Assembly (NCBI GenBank): GCA_964016885.1
Contig: OZ024742.1
Coordinates: forward strand, 176,328,001 to 176,392,000
Direction: 5' to 3'
DNA: 64,000 nucleotides
Origin: Eledone cirrhosa
Taxonomy: Eukaryota
In this document: positions 27,961-41,030 of the stretch, piece by piece
How positions within the stretch are numbered: position 1 is the first letter of the stretch
How the letters are laid out: the number at the start of each line of letters is the position of its first letter
The notes under the pieces: model-generated
What the model was told of the DNA's origin: nothing
Databases searched by the model: none
The model's input: only the letters and a program-made list of their open reading frames with translations
Program-made: the position numbers and the translations under genes

Positions 27961-28079
27961 TGATTAGAAACATTGCTTCATTTTTACATATCTAAGCATT
28001 AGTAAAATAACTAATAATTTTAAAAGTAATTTTTCAATTCCAATTGTTATGAACAGCAAAACATTAATAATAATTTTGT

Positions 28080-28187
28080 TCTAAGAAATATATATACATT
28101 TCTATGTGTGTGTAATATATATATATATATACACACACAGAAATATATATATATACACACAGAAATATATATACATTTCTGTGTGTG

Positions 28188-28226
<39 letters not shown>

Positions 28227-28315
28227 GAAATATATATACATTTCTGTGTGTGTAATATATATATATATATACACACACAGAAATATATATACATTTCTGT
28301 GTGTAATATATATAT
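28080..28315. repeat. Palindromic minisatellite
   Basis: CACACAGAAAT-(AT)n-ACATTTCTGTGTG units repeated about four times. Confidence 0.7.
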
Positions 28316-28350
28316 AGACTAGAACTGTTTCATTCTTGAGAAATCACCAG

Positions 28351-28409
<59 letters not shown>

Positions 28410-28411
28410 TT

Positions 28412-28462
28412 AGTTTCAGAAGATCCCTTTAAGGGTGAAAGCAGCGATTCTTTGCTTAAACT
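28412..28462 (+). ncRNA. Stand-alone hammerhead ribozyme (U4A variant)
   Basis: AGTTT-CAGAAGA-TCCCT TTA AGGGT-GAAA-GCA...TGC-TT-AAACT. All three helices pair. Embedded in (TA)n. Confidence 0.65.
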
Positions 28463-28668
28463 TTAATATTTTATTTTAATAAATATATATATATATATAT
28501 AAATAAATGTACGTATGTAATATATTAATAATATATATATAATGTATGTATATATAATATATATATATATATATGTTAGTTTAATACGAAGAAATATTTA
28601 TGTTAGTAAATACGAAGAAATATTTATACACACATATAATATATATTTATACACACATATAATATATA

Positions 28669-28870
28669 TGTTATGTCGTCGACCACTGTTTCCAACACCC
28701 AACGTTCTAAGCCAGCACGTGACACCTGCGTTCCCAGCTATGGCACGCGTGACCTTGGAGTAGTTACCATGGAGATCTAGCCAGACACAGCCGAGTTCTT
28801 TGAATTTACAGACGACAACTTTAAGACTGGCTTTTGGCGTTTTATTCAACTCACTGAGGCTGAGCATATA

Positions 28871-28873
<3 letters not shown>
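28669..28873. mobile_element. Short solo-LTR-like insert in (TA)n
   Basis: TGTTATG...ATATAATA ends, GC-richer body, AATAAA on the minus strand near 28845. Confidence 0.35.
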
Positions 28874-28908
<35 letters not shown>

Positions 28909-29522
28909 TATATATGTGTGTGTGTGTATTATATGTGTGTGTGTGTTATATGTGTGTGTGTATATTATATGTGTGTGTGTGTTATATGTGTGTGTGTATG
29001 TGTGTGTGTATGTGTGTGCGTGTTTTATATATGGGTGTGTGTTATATGTGTGTGTGTATATATAATATATATATATATTATATATATATATTATATATGT
29101 ATATTATGTGTGTCTCTCTATATATATACATATATATAGATTTAAGTGTGTATGTGTGTGTTAGCGTGTGTGCGTATCTATGAGTGTGTGTATGGTATGT
29201 GTGTGTTAGCGTATGTGTCTGTATGCGTGTGTGTCTGTCTGTGCGTGTGTTTGTGTGTATCTGTGTAAGTGTTTGTGTGTGTGTGTACAGGAATTCATAA
29301 GTTTCCTAAAATATGTCTGTATGCTTAATTTTTCTTAAAAATTATAAACTGGTTCTTCCTGTCAGAGATAATAATCTGATTTGAGAATAATACATCTCAA
29401 AATATGAACATGGGTGTATATATATATATATGTACGTGTGTGTGTGTCTGTATTTGTGTTTGTGTGTGTGTTAAATATATATCGACTAGCAGAAAACCAC
29501 CCACCGGGTGGTTTTCTGCTAG

Positions 29523-30345
29523 TCTATACATATAAAACTGAGGATGTCTGTTTGTGTGTGTGTGTGTTCGAATCCCTAAACCTCGAGAACCACCCAACCG
29601 ACTGTTTTCAAACTTTACACGTGTAATACTTATTTTTCATGGAGCGTTCTAAGCAAAGAAAATTTAAATTTTCCATGCCCTAGTGACCGCATTAGGTGAT
29701 TTGGCGATCTCTCTCTATAATTCTTAGTCTTTCTCTTTTTAGATAGATGCATACATATCACGTCGCGCCCTTAGTATGTCTGTGTGTGTGTGTGTGTCTG
29801 TGAGTTTGAATCCTTAAAACTCGAGAAGTACCCTGCCGACTTTTTTCAAACTTTACATGTTTCAGGGAGTGTTATGCACATAAAAAATTCAACTTTTTGA
29901 TCCTCTAGGGCCCGCAGTAATTGAAAAACAGCATTCTTTCAGGTTTTTAGGGTTTTTTGAGTCGTTACGTCGGACTGATTTCTTTGAAATTGTAACTATG
30001 TATTAATCTGTCTCTTCTTCATACCGTGAGCAAAGAAAATCCAACTTCTTTATGGCCTAGGGCCCGCATTAGGTGAAAGACTTCATTTTTTAAGGTTTAT
30101 GGTTTTTTGAGGCGTTTCGTCTAGCCGATTTTCCCGACATTTCAAGGCATATTATGCACATAAAATAAATTCATTTTCTTGATCCCCTAGGGCCCGCATT
30201 AGGTGAAAACCTGCATTTTTCCTGCTTCATCGAGGAAAATCTTAAAGATTATCCAGCCATCAGAGTATTCGGTTTATTTTCTTTACATATTGTCCACGCA
30301 TGCAGTTTTTCCACGATTAGGTCTGTTGGCGAGTACCCCTGCTAG
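29523..30345 (+). mobile_element. Near-complete non-autonomous Helitron (family H1)
   Basis: TCTATACATATAAAACTGAGG start, CTAG|T end, internal repeats of GGGCCCGCATTAGGTGAAA. Confidence 0.7.
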
Positions 30346-30832
30346 TATCATATAATGCGGAAACGCATAATTATATATGCATGTGTTAATGTGTATGTCT
30401 ATATGTGTGTCAGCACATGGCTTGTTGGTTAGGATGTTTGGCTGATGATCACAAGGTCATGAGTTTGATTCCCATTGGCATGTTGTGTTTTTGAGCAAGA
30501 CACTTAATGTCATGTTATTTCAGTTTCTCAGATGGATAAAATGAGTTGAACATTTAATTATAAGGCGTAACCTTGCTACATAAGTGTATGCATGTCTATG
30601 CATAGTTATTTCATGAAGAGGGTGTTCCAATAGTGGTGATGGATGTAGTGGTGTCAATGTTGGTAGAGGTAATAGTAGTGGTGGTGATGATGGTGGTGGT
30701 ATTGATAATTGTGTTAGTATGATGGCATTGTTGTATGTGTAAATGTTTACATGTAAGTATGCATACATATATGAATGTTATATGTATGCATGAAGGTATA
30801 CATGGTTGTATGCATATATATATATTTGTATA

Positions 30833-30930
30833 CATTGTGTCCTGAAAAATGTATAGGCACTACAACAACATTCTAATACATATTGCCTGTACAGATAATC
30901 AAAGTGTGTATACATTTTTGGGACAACCTG
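30833..30930. mobile_element. Tc1/mariner MITE
   Basis: TA-flanked imperfect TIRs CATTGTGTCCTGAAAAATGTATA / TATACATTTTTGGGACAACCTG. Confidence 0.6.
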
Positions 30931-31992
30931 TATGTGTATGTTTGTGTGTGTGTGTGTGTACATGTATGTGTATGTATGAATGTAAACATGTATGTATACA
31001 TGTATCTATGTATGCATGCATGTATGTTTGTATCAATGTGTGTTTGTATGTATATATATATCTTATCACAAAAAAGTTTTGGAATCTGAAATTCTTTACT
31101 TTCTTCTGTGTCTGTGAGACAAAAGAATTAAGAGAACAATTAAAAGTTCAGGCTGGCCATAAATCTTGCTGTGATTGCTATACATAAATTTCTGCAAGGA
31201 CCTCATTAGCACAGCTGCTCTCAATTTACGATGGAATTATTCAAATAGAATTCAAGACAAATTAAACGAAGATAAACATCATATTCTTTTACTTTCTTTT
31301 ATTCTTTTACTAGTTTCAGACATTAGTCAGCGGCTATGCTGGGGCACTACTTTAAAGGGCTTTAGTTGAACATACTAACCCAAGTACATATCTTTTCAAG
31401 CTTGGTACTTCATTTTATTGATCTCATTTTGTTAGACAGTTAAGTTACAAATCTTAAACTAACACAGACATGACCACACATACACACACATATATATATA
31501 TAGTGACAGACAGAGTGGGAAAACGAGAAAGAAAAATAGACAGGAAAGGAGTAGGAGAGAGAGAGGACAGGCAAATAAAGAGTGTAATAGAGAAGGAGAG
31601 CGAGAAAGACAGACAGGCAGATATGGAGTGAAAGAGAGAAATAGAGACTGGCAGACATGGAAGGAAAGAGAAACAGACAGACTGACTAGGAGTGAGTAAC
31701 AGAGCAAGAGGGAAATATATATGTACAGCAGACTTCTGCACTTTCCATTTACAAGTATATTGGTCAGTTCATGGCTACAGTAGAAGACAGTTAGCCAAGG
31801 TGCTATACATTGGGATTCAATCTGAATCTATATGGTTACAAAGTAAGCTCCCTAATAACACAGCCATGTCTGCATCTACATGATATGTGATTGCTATGAT
31901 TATTTTACTTAATTACCTTTTTTCAATCTGAGGACTATATAGAAACAACAACAAAATAACTATAATCTGTACCTTGATAATTGAAGTATGAT

Positions 31993-32860
31993 AATTGTTT
32001 CTACTTTTAGCACAAGGCCAGCAATTATCCCAGTGCATTACTGGTACTTTATGTTATCGACCCCGTAAGGATGAAAGGCAAAGTTAACCTCGGCGAGATT
32101 TGAACTCAGATCATAAAGGGCTGTGACTCTATGTTGCAAAGAATAGCGTCCGACCCTCTACTGATACTGCCAATCCACAATGGTTTCTAATTTAGGCAGA
32201 AGGCCAGAAATCTGTTACACTTTCTGGGAGTCGATTAAAATGGCACCCATACTTGACTGGTACTTTGTGATATGTGATGCGCTGAAAAGCATAGTTGACT
32301 TCGTTTGAATTTGAACTCAGGACAAAAAATACAGAACACAGGACACTGACGCAAAGCATCATTCACACTCTCTAACAATTCTACCAATAATAATGATTTC
32401 TACTATAGACACAAAGCCAGCAATTTGGGAGAGGAGAAAGTCAATTACATGGAGCCCAGTACATTACTGGTACTATATTTTATCGACCCCGTAAAGATGA
32501 AAGGCAAAGCTAACTTCAGTGACATTTGAACTCAGAACGTAACATCCAAAACAAATACGGTGAAGCATATTGTCCGACGCTCTACCAATACTGCCAATCT
32601 ACCGCCCTATTCTACCAATACTAATAATAATTGTTTCTACTTTAGGCACAAGGCCAGCAATTACCCAGTGCATTACTAGTACTTTATTTTATCGACCCTG
32701 TAAGGATGAAAGGCAAAGTCAACCTCGGCGGGATTTGAACTCAGAATGGCAAGCACTGTAACTATGCGTTAAAGCATGGCGTCCGACTCTCTACCGATAC
32801 TGCCAATAATAATAATAATGGTTTCTAATTTAGCTACAAGTCCAGAAATTTGGGGCGGAA
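31993..32860 (-). mobile_element. Cluster of four or more co-oriented SINEs
   Basis: Successive copies at ~31993, 32182, 32395 and 32630, each with TTTGAACTCAG and the core, separated by AAT tails. Confidence 0.85.
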
Positions 32861-33280
32861 TGTAATTAGTTGAGACAAATATCACAAAGCTTTTTATCTG
32901 ACATTCTACTGCTTCTACATAATAGGCAGCTGTAATCATTGAAATCTGAAAACATTCTTACATATGTCTGCCAGGTAATGAGTTGCTTAAAGAAAAAAGT
33001 ACTCAATAGAATTTAAGGATTATATTTATAAAACACAAAACTTAAGAACATAATGATAAATGTAAAAAAAATGTAATAAAATTGTGTAAAATAAGTGCTA
33101 AAGGACATTTGGTAATATGCAAATGAATCTTAATTAATTAGAGGTCATGGCCTCGATTTATTAATTTAGCTAATTACTGCCTTCATAAATGTTTCACAAT
33201 ATTTTTCAATTGATTTTTTTCTTAAAATAACATTGTAGTCTAGTTGTCTGTTACATATATGTGTGTGTGCATATACATAT

Positions 33281-33314
<34 letters not shown>

Positions 33315-33376
33315 CTATATATAAATATGTATATGGGTGTAAAATATATGTAAATGTGTAAAATGTATATAATGTG

Positions 33377-33925
33377 TATCATCATCATCATCATCATCAT
33401 TTTACATCCGCTTTTCCCTGCTTGCAAGGGTGGGACGGGTCTTATTCGGCACAGCATCTCTCCACTCGTCACGGTCCTTCGTCATCTCCACCGTGAGCTT
33501 CAATCATCTGAGGTCGGTTCTCACCACCTCCGCCCATGTTTTTCGTGGTCTACCTCTACCACATCTTCCTTCAACTGGCATTTCCTGGCACTTCTTCACC
33601 CATCGGTCATCCTCCATGCGCATCACATGTCCATACCACCTCAGTCTCCTCTCCCATACACTACATTCTATCCCTCTCAGACACAGTTTCTCTCTTAACA
33701 CATTTATGCTGGGTCGTTCACGCACATCCAACGGATCATGCTTGCATCATTTCTCTCCAGCTGTCGCATATCCTCTGCAGTTACTGCCCATGTCTCACTA
33801 CCATGCAGCATCGCGCACCTCACACAGGCATCATATAACCAGCCTTTCGTACGCAGGGAGAAACCCTTCTTCGTCAACAGAGGAAGCAGCTCCCTAAACT
33901 TCTTCCAACCTGTCCTTATTCTAGA
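33377..33925 (-). mobile_element. RTE LINE 3' fragment (family A)
   Basis: ERRLRWYGHVMRMEDDRWVKKC...GRGRPRKTW and a (GAT)n tail at 33378-33400. Confidence 0.9.
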
Positions 33926-35123
33926 TACATATATATATGTATGTGTGTGTGTGTTTGTGTGTGTAAATATATATATGTATGTGTTTGTATATATAGATAT
34001 ATGAACACATACATATATATATACAACTTAAGCCAAAATCCCTATTTGGGGGGATATAAGCTAGTCCAACTAAAAAAAGGATGTTTTACTTGTAGACTTT
34101 GGCTTAACCATTTAGCATTTAAACTGGCCGTATCCTGTCAGAATTCTCTCATTTCTTTCTGTTCAAACCAGCTATAACTGGCTGCTCAAACTTATGTTAA
34201 GTTATTGTTTTCAAATAATATCAAAATCTTGTAGATTCGATATTATGTGAGATATTTATCTGAAATAAAGTGTTTACCATGAAAATAAAATAGTAAATAT
34301 AGAATAATGTAAATTTTAAAAGGTTAAGTTTGATATGTGTAATTACTTCTCTGAGTAGATAATTTATTAATATATCTTATCCTTTCATTGAGATATTAGA
34401 GACAGATCAATTTATAAATTGATTTATATATATATGAATGAAGATGATGTTGATGGTATATACATATACACACACACATATGCATACATACACACACACA
34501 CACATACACATATATATATATATTTATAAAAGTGTGTGTGTGAGTGTGTATGTATGCATATGTGTGTGTGTATATATGTATATACCATCAACATCATCTT
34601 CATTTTAACGTCCATATTCCCTGCTAGCAAGGGATGGACAGGTCATCACAGACCAAACCATCCTGAAAGAAGGCCACAGATCTCCTAGACAGGCCAGGGA
34701 TCTGCATTTTACTTATGTACAGTGTCACTTTCTAGCGACTGCACAGGTGTGTTTGTCATGTTATTGGCACAACTGAGGGTCCTACCAACCATTGTTTGGC
34801 AACTTTTCTATGGCTGGATGCCCTTCTTATCACCAACCACTGTACTGGATGTGTTTATCATGTAGATCACTTCTGTCATGTCCTTGACATGACTGAAAGA
34901 TCCTCCCAACCCTTTCTTTGGCAAGCCCTCCACAACGGGTTTCCCTACGCATCAACAACCACTTCACAAGGGGAAAGTGGCTAGGAATGTGTGTGTGTAA
35001 TGGGGGTGTGTAATGAGTATATGATGATGATGTTTATATACACACACAAATATGTAAATAACATCATCATCATCGTTATTTATACATGTTTTCCATGCTT
35101 GCATGGTTTGGACTGGTCCTTAA

Positions 35124-35166
<43 letters not shown>

Positions 35167-35179
35167 GTTTATGTGTATA

Positions 35180-37670
35180 TCATCATCATCATTGTTTAAC
35201 AACTATCTTCCACACTAACATAGGTTAGATGGGAAATTGTCCCGCTTGAGGCAAGATTTGATCGGGTGACCGTATCTCGCTCGTATAGGAATGTATCTAG
35301 CAAGTTTTCTATGGCTTTTTCTACATACTGAGTGCTTTTTGTCGTGACCCCTACATGACCACTTTAGTGTGGACTGGATGTTCTGTGGTACCAACATTAC
35401 TTTAGAGCGAAAGGTTGGTGTGTGTTGAAGTGTGAGGATGGAGTATGGGTAGTGGATTGGGGTGCATATTTGGTCAAGAGGTGCCTACTGACTTTAGGTT
35501 CAACTTCGTAGGTAAGGGAAGGCGGGTCTTCTGTATTACTGTGTAGTGCCAAAGGTCTTTTAGAAGGTTGGTATTAGTAAACATATTACATGTAATATTT
35601 ATAGAAAGAATAAGAATGGTTGTGCATGTTTATACAAAGTTTTATTTCATAGAAGTGAATAATGGAACAATACATATACTTTACCATGAGTAGTGAGTAG
35701 GCTGCAGGCTCTTAGGCTGTTGGTGAGTTGCATCTCGACTCCAAGACTGGAGCGTGGAAAGAAGAGAGAGAGAGAAGGCAGAAGTCATCTCTTCAGCTGC
35801 GGCAAGTGGAAACTGAGAGAGAGTATGGTCTCACGCTCACAAATATATAGTCTCCATGGGGACCTATGTCCGTTTAGCTCATGGATGTGACACTAGGGGT
35901 CACGACCGTCATAAAGGGATGCAACTCTTATAAGTTCTGAGTTCCAGCCCTAGGGGCCACTAAAGTCTCAATCCAGAGACATTAGCTTAGAGAGCTGTAA
36001 GTGCGCAAGGTCAGATTTTATCTTGTCGTCCCAGGTTTTTCTGGGTCTACCTACTCCGTAGCTACCATCAATTTTGATCGCCTTGCACTTTTCTATACAG
36101 CTGTCGTCGTTCATGCACATCACATGACAATTACCAATGTAATCTCCTCTCAAGTAAACTACATCTGATCCCTCTTATTCCTAATTTCTCACTTAGTTCA
36201 TTTATGTTTTGTCATTTGTGTATATTACTATTACACATCCAACGAAGCATGCATGCTTCATACCTTTCCAACCTGCACAGGTCCTCTGCACACAATGCCC
36301 AAGTCTCACTGTCATGTAACATTGCTGTTTGTATGCAGGCATCATGCAATCTGCCTTTCATTTTTAGAGAGAAACCATTTTGTGGGCAACAGCGGTATTA
36401 GCTTTCTGAACATTTTCCCTCCCGTTCTAACTCTGGCTATTGTACTTTCAGAGCACCCTCCTCCACTGCTGATTTTGTCACCCAGGTAACGGAAAGTGTC
36501 TACTATTTCTATAGGACCATCTGGGCAGTTGAAAGAGCTAGTATTTAGTGGGCACTTGCTACCTACTGCGCCTGAGCATCGGCCACGTATAAAATCTACA
36601 TTCTTAAATAGCTTGCCTGTGATCGCACTACATCTTTTATGTACCCATAATTTACATTTGGGGTATAGAATGGAATTTCTACCTACTCCTTTCCTACACA
36701 CTGATCATGGCCATTTCCCAGAGGGCACCTGTGCTCTATTTTCCTTTCTACATACTAGAACTTTACTCTTAGAGAAGTTAACATTAAGGCCTTTTGATTC
36801 TAAGCCATGCTTCCATGCTAAGAATTTCTTCTCTAGTTCAGCCATTGTTTCAGCTATGAGAGTTAGATGATCTGCATATAGAAATTCCCATGGGCAACCA
36901 GTCTTAAACTCTTCTGTTATAGCCTGTAGGGCAATAATAAACAGGAGGCAGCTAAGGACAGAGCTTTAATTAACACCTATTTTATGCTAAATTCTTCACT
37001 ATATTCAGTGTTAATTCTAACCTTGTTGACTGTCACTCTATACATGGCTTGTATAGCTCTCATGAGCCATTCATCTACTCCTAGTGTTTAAGAGCCCCCC
37101 AGATAATGGAGCGGGGGACTCAGTAAAAGGCTTTCTCCAAGTCAACAAAAGCTAAGTAGAGGGGTTTACTTTTAGCTAGGTGCTTCTCCTGTAGTTGCAA
37201 TACAAGGAAGAGAGCATCCATGGTACTTTTATCTGGCACAAACCCGAACTGCATTTCATCTAGATCAATTCGGTCTCTAATGAGTTGTGCAATAACTCTT
37301 TCCTTTCTGTGACCTTCATGACCTGGTCAACTAACTTAATGCCTCTATAGTTTTCTCTATCTAGAGCATCTCCTTTGCCCATGTAGCTGTTAACGATGAT
37401 GCTGCTATGCCAGTCATTTGGTATGACCCTATTCTGTATTACATTGTTTACTATCCGGGTGTCCATAGTATGTCCCACCACTCCAGATGCTTTAAAAATC
37501 TCAGCAACTATCCGAAGGCCCAGCTGCCTTGCCTGTCTTCATATCTTTGATTGCCTTACTTATTATTAACTTGCACAACTGGTCCCTCTATTGGATAGAT
37601 TTGGGGCAAACTATATTTATCCCATTCATTCTCCTCATTTGGTAGTCTCATGTAGTGACACTTCCAAGCT
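35180..37670 (-). mobile_element. Decayed RTE LINE, interrupted at 35559-35964
   Basis: Fragments GKGDALDRENYRGIKL, CRKGVGRNSI..CKLWVHKRC, FRYLGD, GRPRKTW. 3' UTR and (GAT)n tail at ~35180. Confidence 0.9.
35559..35964 (-). mobile_element. 406-bp solo-LTR-like insertion with TTTAG...CTAAA ends and 4-bp TSD GTCT
   Basis: GTCT at 35555-58 and 35965-68. Removing the insert restores the RTE sequence. TATA-like and AATAAA motifs on the minus strand. Confidence 0.7.
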
Positions 37671-39524
37671 ACCTATGTTATTAAATTTTGTATAAGAAAT
37701 GGTTCCCTTGCTATATATAGCTAGGAAAAGGTTTCCTAGCTACACATAGCTTCAGGCCTCAATGTGTGTCTAAATCATGCACTAATATAAACAAAAATCA
37801 TCATCATCATCATCATTGTTTAACATATATTTTCCATGCTTGCATGGGTGATATGCGTTGCCACATTCTGAGGTTTGACCAATCTGGTCGCTACATCTTA
37901 TTCATACATTCAGTCTTGGACTTGGCTTTTATAGCTGGATTGATTTCCTGACACCGCCTACTTTTCAGTATGTACTGGAATAATTTTATCATGTTGCCAG
38001 CACTACCATCTCACAGGGTGGATTCGATGGTTTTTGTCATCACACTGGCACAACCACTTTACAAGGTACTCTGGGTGCTTTTTATTGTTGCAGAAGCACT
38101 GTGACTTTAGAGAGTGAGCTGGGTGCAGTGGGCAGGATTCATTGGTACCAACACTACCTCATTACTTTATATCAGTAAAATAAATCAGACCACTTATGTG
38201 GTTAATAATACAAAATACTCCTAACCTTTACTTCTATCACATTAACTCCATCTCTCTTTATTGCTTTCGTCTTGGAACATATGTTTGTTTCAGAGCAGGA
38301 AACCTTCTAGAATGGAACAAAATAAATTGCACTCAAATGATAACAATATTGGAGTAATCTTCACTCATGCCAAAGACATGGCAACTTCTTCAGTGTTGAG
38401 TTAATTGTAAAGTGGTTGGTGTTAGAGAAGCTATCCATTTGTAAAAATCATGTGAAAAGTATAAGCACTCTTCAGTTGTGTCATTGATTCAATATTGTCC
38501 TTAGTACTGTTGCAATGAGAAAATGCACCCACTACACTTTGTCAGTGGTTGGCATTAGAAAGAGTTATTCAGCTTTAGAATCTATGCTAAAAGGGAACAT
38601 ATTCAAACAAGATGTCATCCTTGGACTTTCAAGCAGGACAGTACCTCAAATTACATACTGATATGGTCTCTAATGAACAATTCAACCTATGACAGTATGA
38701 ACATCAATGAAAGTAATGATGATGATGATGATGATGTTGATGATGATGAGAAGTAGGTAGAGGGTGATGATAATGAATACATATTACACCAATCTGAAAT
38801 AGAAACAATACAAGTAATACACTTACAAATTTTTGTTTTGTAGAAAATCCTAAATCTTTGAACCGGTACCTATCAATCTTGATAATATTTTCAATAAAAC
38901 ACGAAACAATTATCTTTAAATAGTATATATTACTTTGAAAACAAATATTCATAAAAAATAAGAAGAAATAAAAGTTATCAAATTTCTCACATCTTACTTA
39001 GTGCCATGCAAAGGTTCTCAAATTCTTTTATAATCTAAATTTACACCTTAAACAAAATAAATAAATCTTTTGTATTCAATTGTGTGAATTTTATTTATCA
39101 ACCATAGCAATCATTTAAGTAGATAATAGACTATTTATCAGTCAAAGAATTCCGTCTAAATTTATTTTTCCTTTAAAACAGACTGAAAATGTGAGCCAAT
39201 ATCAATTTGTCTGCTTACTTTATGACAATAAAGACAAATTGCATTGTGTCAAACTAGTTACCAGTTTCTAAACACATGAATAAGAAACTTCATTTCATGT
39301 GTGTTTTTGTGTATGTGTATGTTTGTTTTCCACAGAAACACCACTCACATATACACATATACAGAAACAACTAAAATTAAAACTAGCATCTTATTTCTAT
39401 TCTAATGCTTATTTTTCTCTTACACTCTATATAAATTAAGTTATATTCATTTCCATAGCTATTTGGTTAAGTAATGTCTGTGAAATGTTTTTAATGCTGT
39501 TGTCGTTCTTGATGTGCAGTAGAG

Positions 39525-40190
39525 TGACAGAATGAGTCAGTAGAGCATCTGACAGAAACAAAAAGTTGCCTTTCTATTCTTTGTTCCAGCTCTTTAGATT
39601 CAGATTTCAAGCACAGCTTAAATCAACATCACTTTTAATCTTTTCAAGGGCCAATAAAATAAAGTACCAGTCAGTAATTTACCAGTTATATACTGAAGTT
39701 GATTTAATCAATATTCAGGCAATTAACAATTCCCCACCCTCTGCCAAAATTGCTAATCTTGTGTCTAAATTAAAAACCATTATCGGGCAGTGGAAATGCA
39801 GAATTGTCAGAGCTAAAACAAGATTTCTTTTAATATATATTTTAACTATTTACATTCTGAGTTCAAACACTACCAAGTTCAACTTTGCCTTTTATTCTTC
39901 AAGCATTGATAAAATAAGGTAGTAGTAAAATATCGACTTTCATTCCCCACATCACTCAACATTGTTGGCCTGGGTAATTGCTGGCCTTGTGCCTAAAGTA
40001 GAAACAATTATTATTAAAGAATGATGGATTGGCAGAGTTGTTAGAGTGTTGGGTTTAGCAGTATTTATTCTTGCACTTTAAGTTCTAAGGTTGAGATAAA
40101 CTTTTATTTCTATCCTTCAAGGGTCAATAAAACAAAGTACCAGTAATACACTGGGTATTTGCTGGCCTTGTGCCTAACGTAGAAACAGTT
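39525..40190 (+). mobile_element. Cluster of old SINE copies
   Basis: Repeated AAAGTACCAGT / GCTGGCCTTGTGCCTAA.GTAGAAACA motifs. Confidence 0.75.
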
Positions 40191-41030
40191 ATTATTATTG
40201 ATGGTTTGTACAGCGAATATGATACTTACTGGATGTTATAGTGCTTGTCTGGTCTCAAGAAGGATGGACCTTCACCAGACAGTACATTCCTGGGTATTGT
40301 GCAGTGCCTAAAAGAGCAGTCTTTTGAAGGAGAGTAATTTGAGGTGTATTTGCTAAAGATTCCCTCTCAATATTAATGGTGTCAAGCCCGAAGCTCCAAT
40401 GACAACTGACATTATCTTGTTAGATGGTATTGACCATATTCATTGAATTTCAAACTTCAAGTCAGTATATTTGTTATTTTGTCAATTTCTTCAAAGACTA
40501 TGTTGTCGTCTCCTGGGATAGTAATATCAATTATCCGGCATTCATGCCCATTTTTGTGCATGACAACACTATCACACTTCTTTTGTTCAAGTCTATATTG
40601 TCTGTTTGGATAGTGAGGTCTCAAAGTATCTTGGGATTGTCTCTTTCATCAAGAATACTTTCTGGTATATGCTGGTACCACTTATCAGAAAAATGCTATA
40701 CATATTTTTTAACACATTAACCAATGAAGGTACATACAGATCCTATCATCTCTTCTTTTATATTCTTTTTGAGCTACCGTTTTGCATGTCTCAATATGTG
40801 GGTGACATTTTGTTTATTTATTCCCCACAGAAGGCACATCACACTTTCACCAACATGATATATCCTTTAAGCTTGAACTTGGGCATGATCAGCAGTGTTT
40901 TAAGTTCCCTTTTTAGATAATTTCAGGAGAGCTAATCCTAAGACCTTTCAGACGTTATTTCACATATTTCTGATTCAAGTTGACCATGCAATGTCATACC
41001 AAATACTGCTTCACATTTATTCACAGAGAC
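40189..41030 (-). pseudogene. R4/Dong-type LINE 3' remnant (CCHC + restriction-like endonuclease)
   Basis: Minus-strand fragments of a decayed CCHC motif, KIL*DLTIQTD, RIIDITIPGD, KYTDLKFEIQ*IW, VVIGASG, then a (TAA)n tail. Confidence 0.75.
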
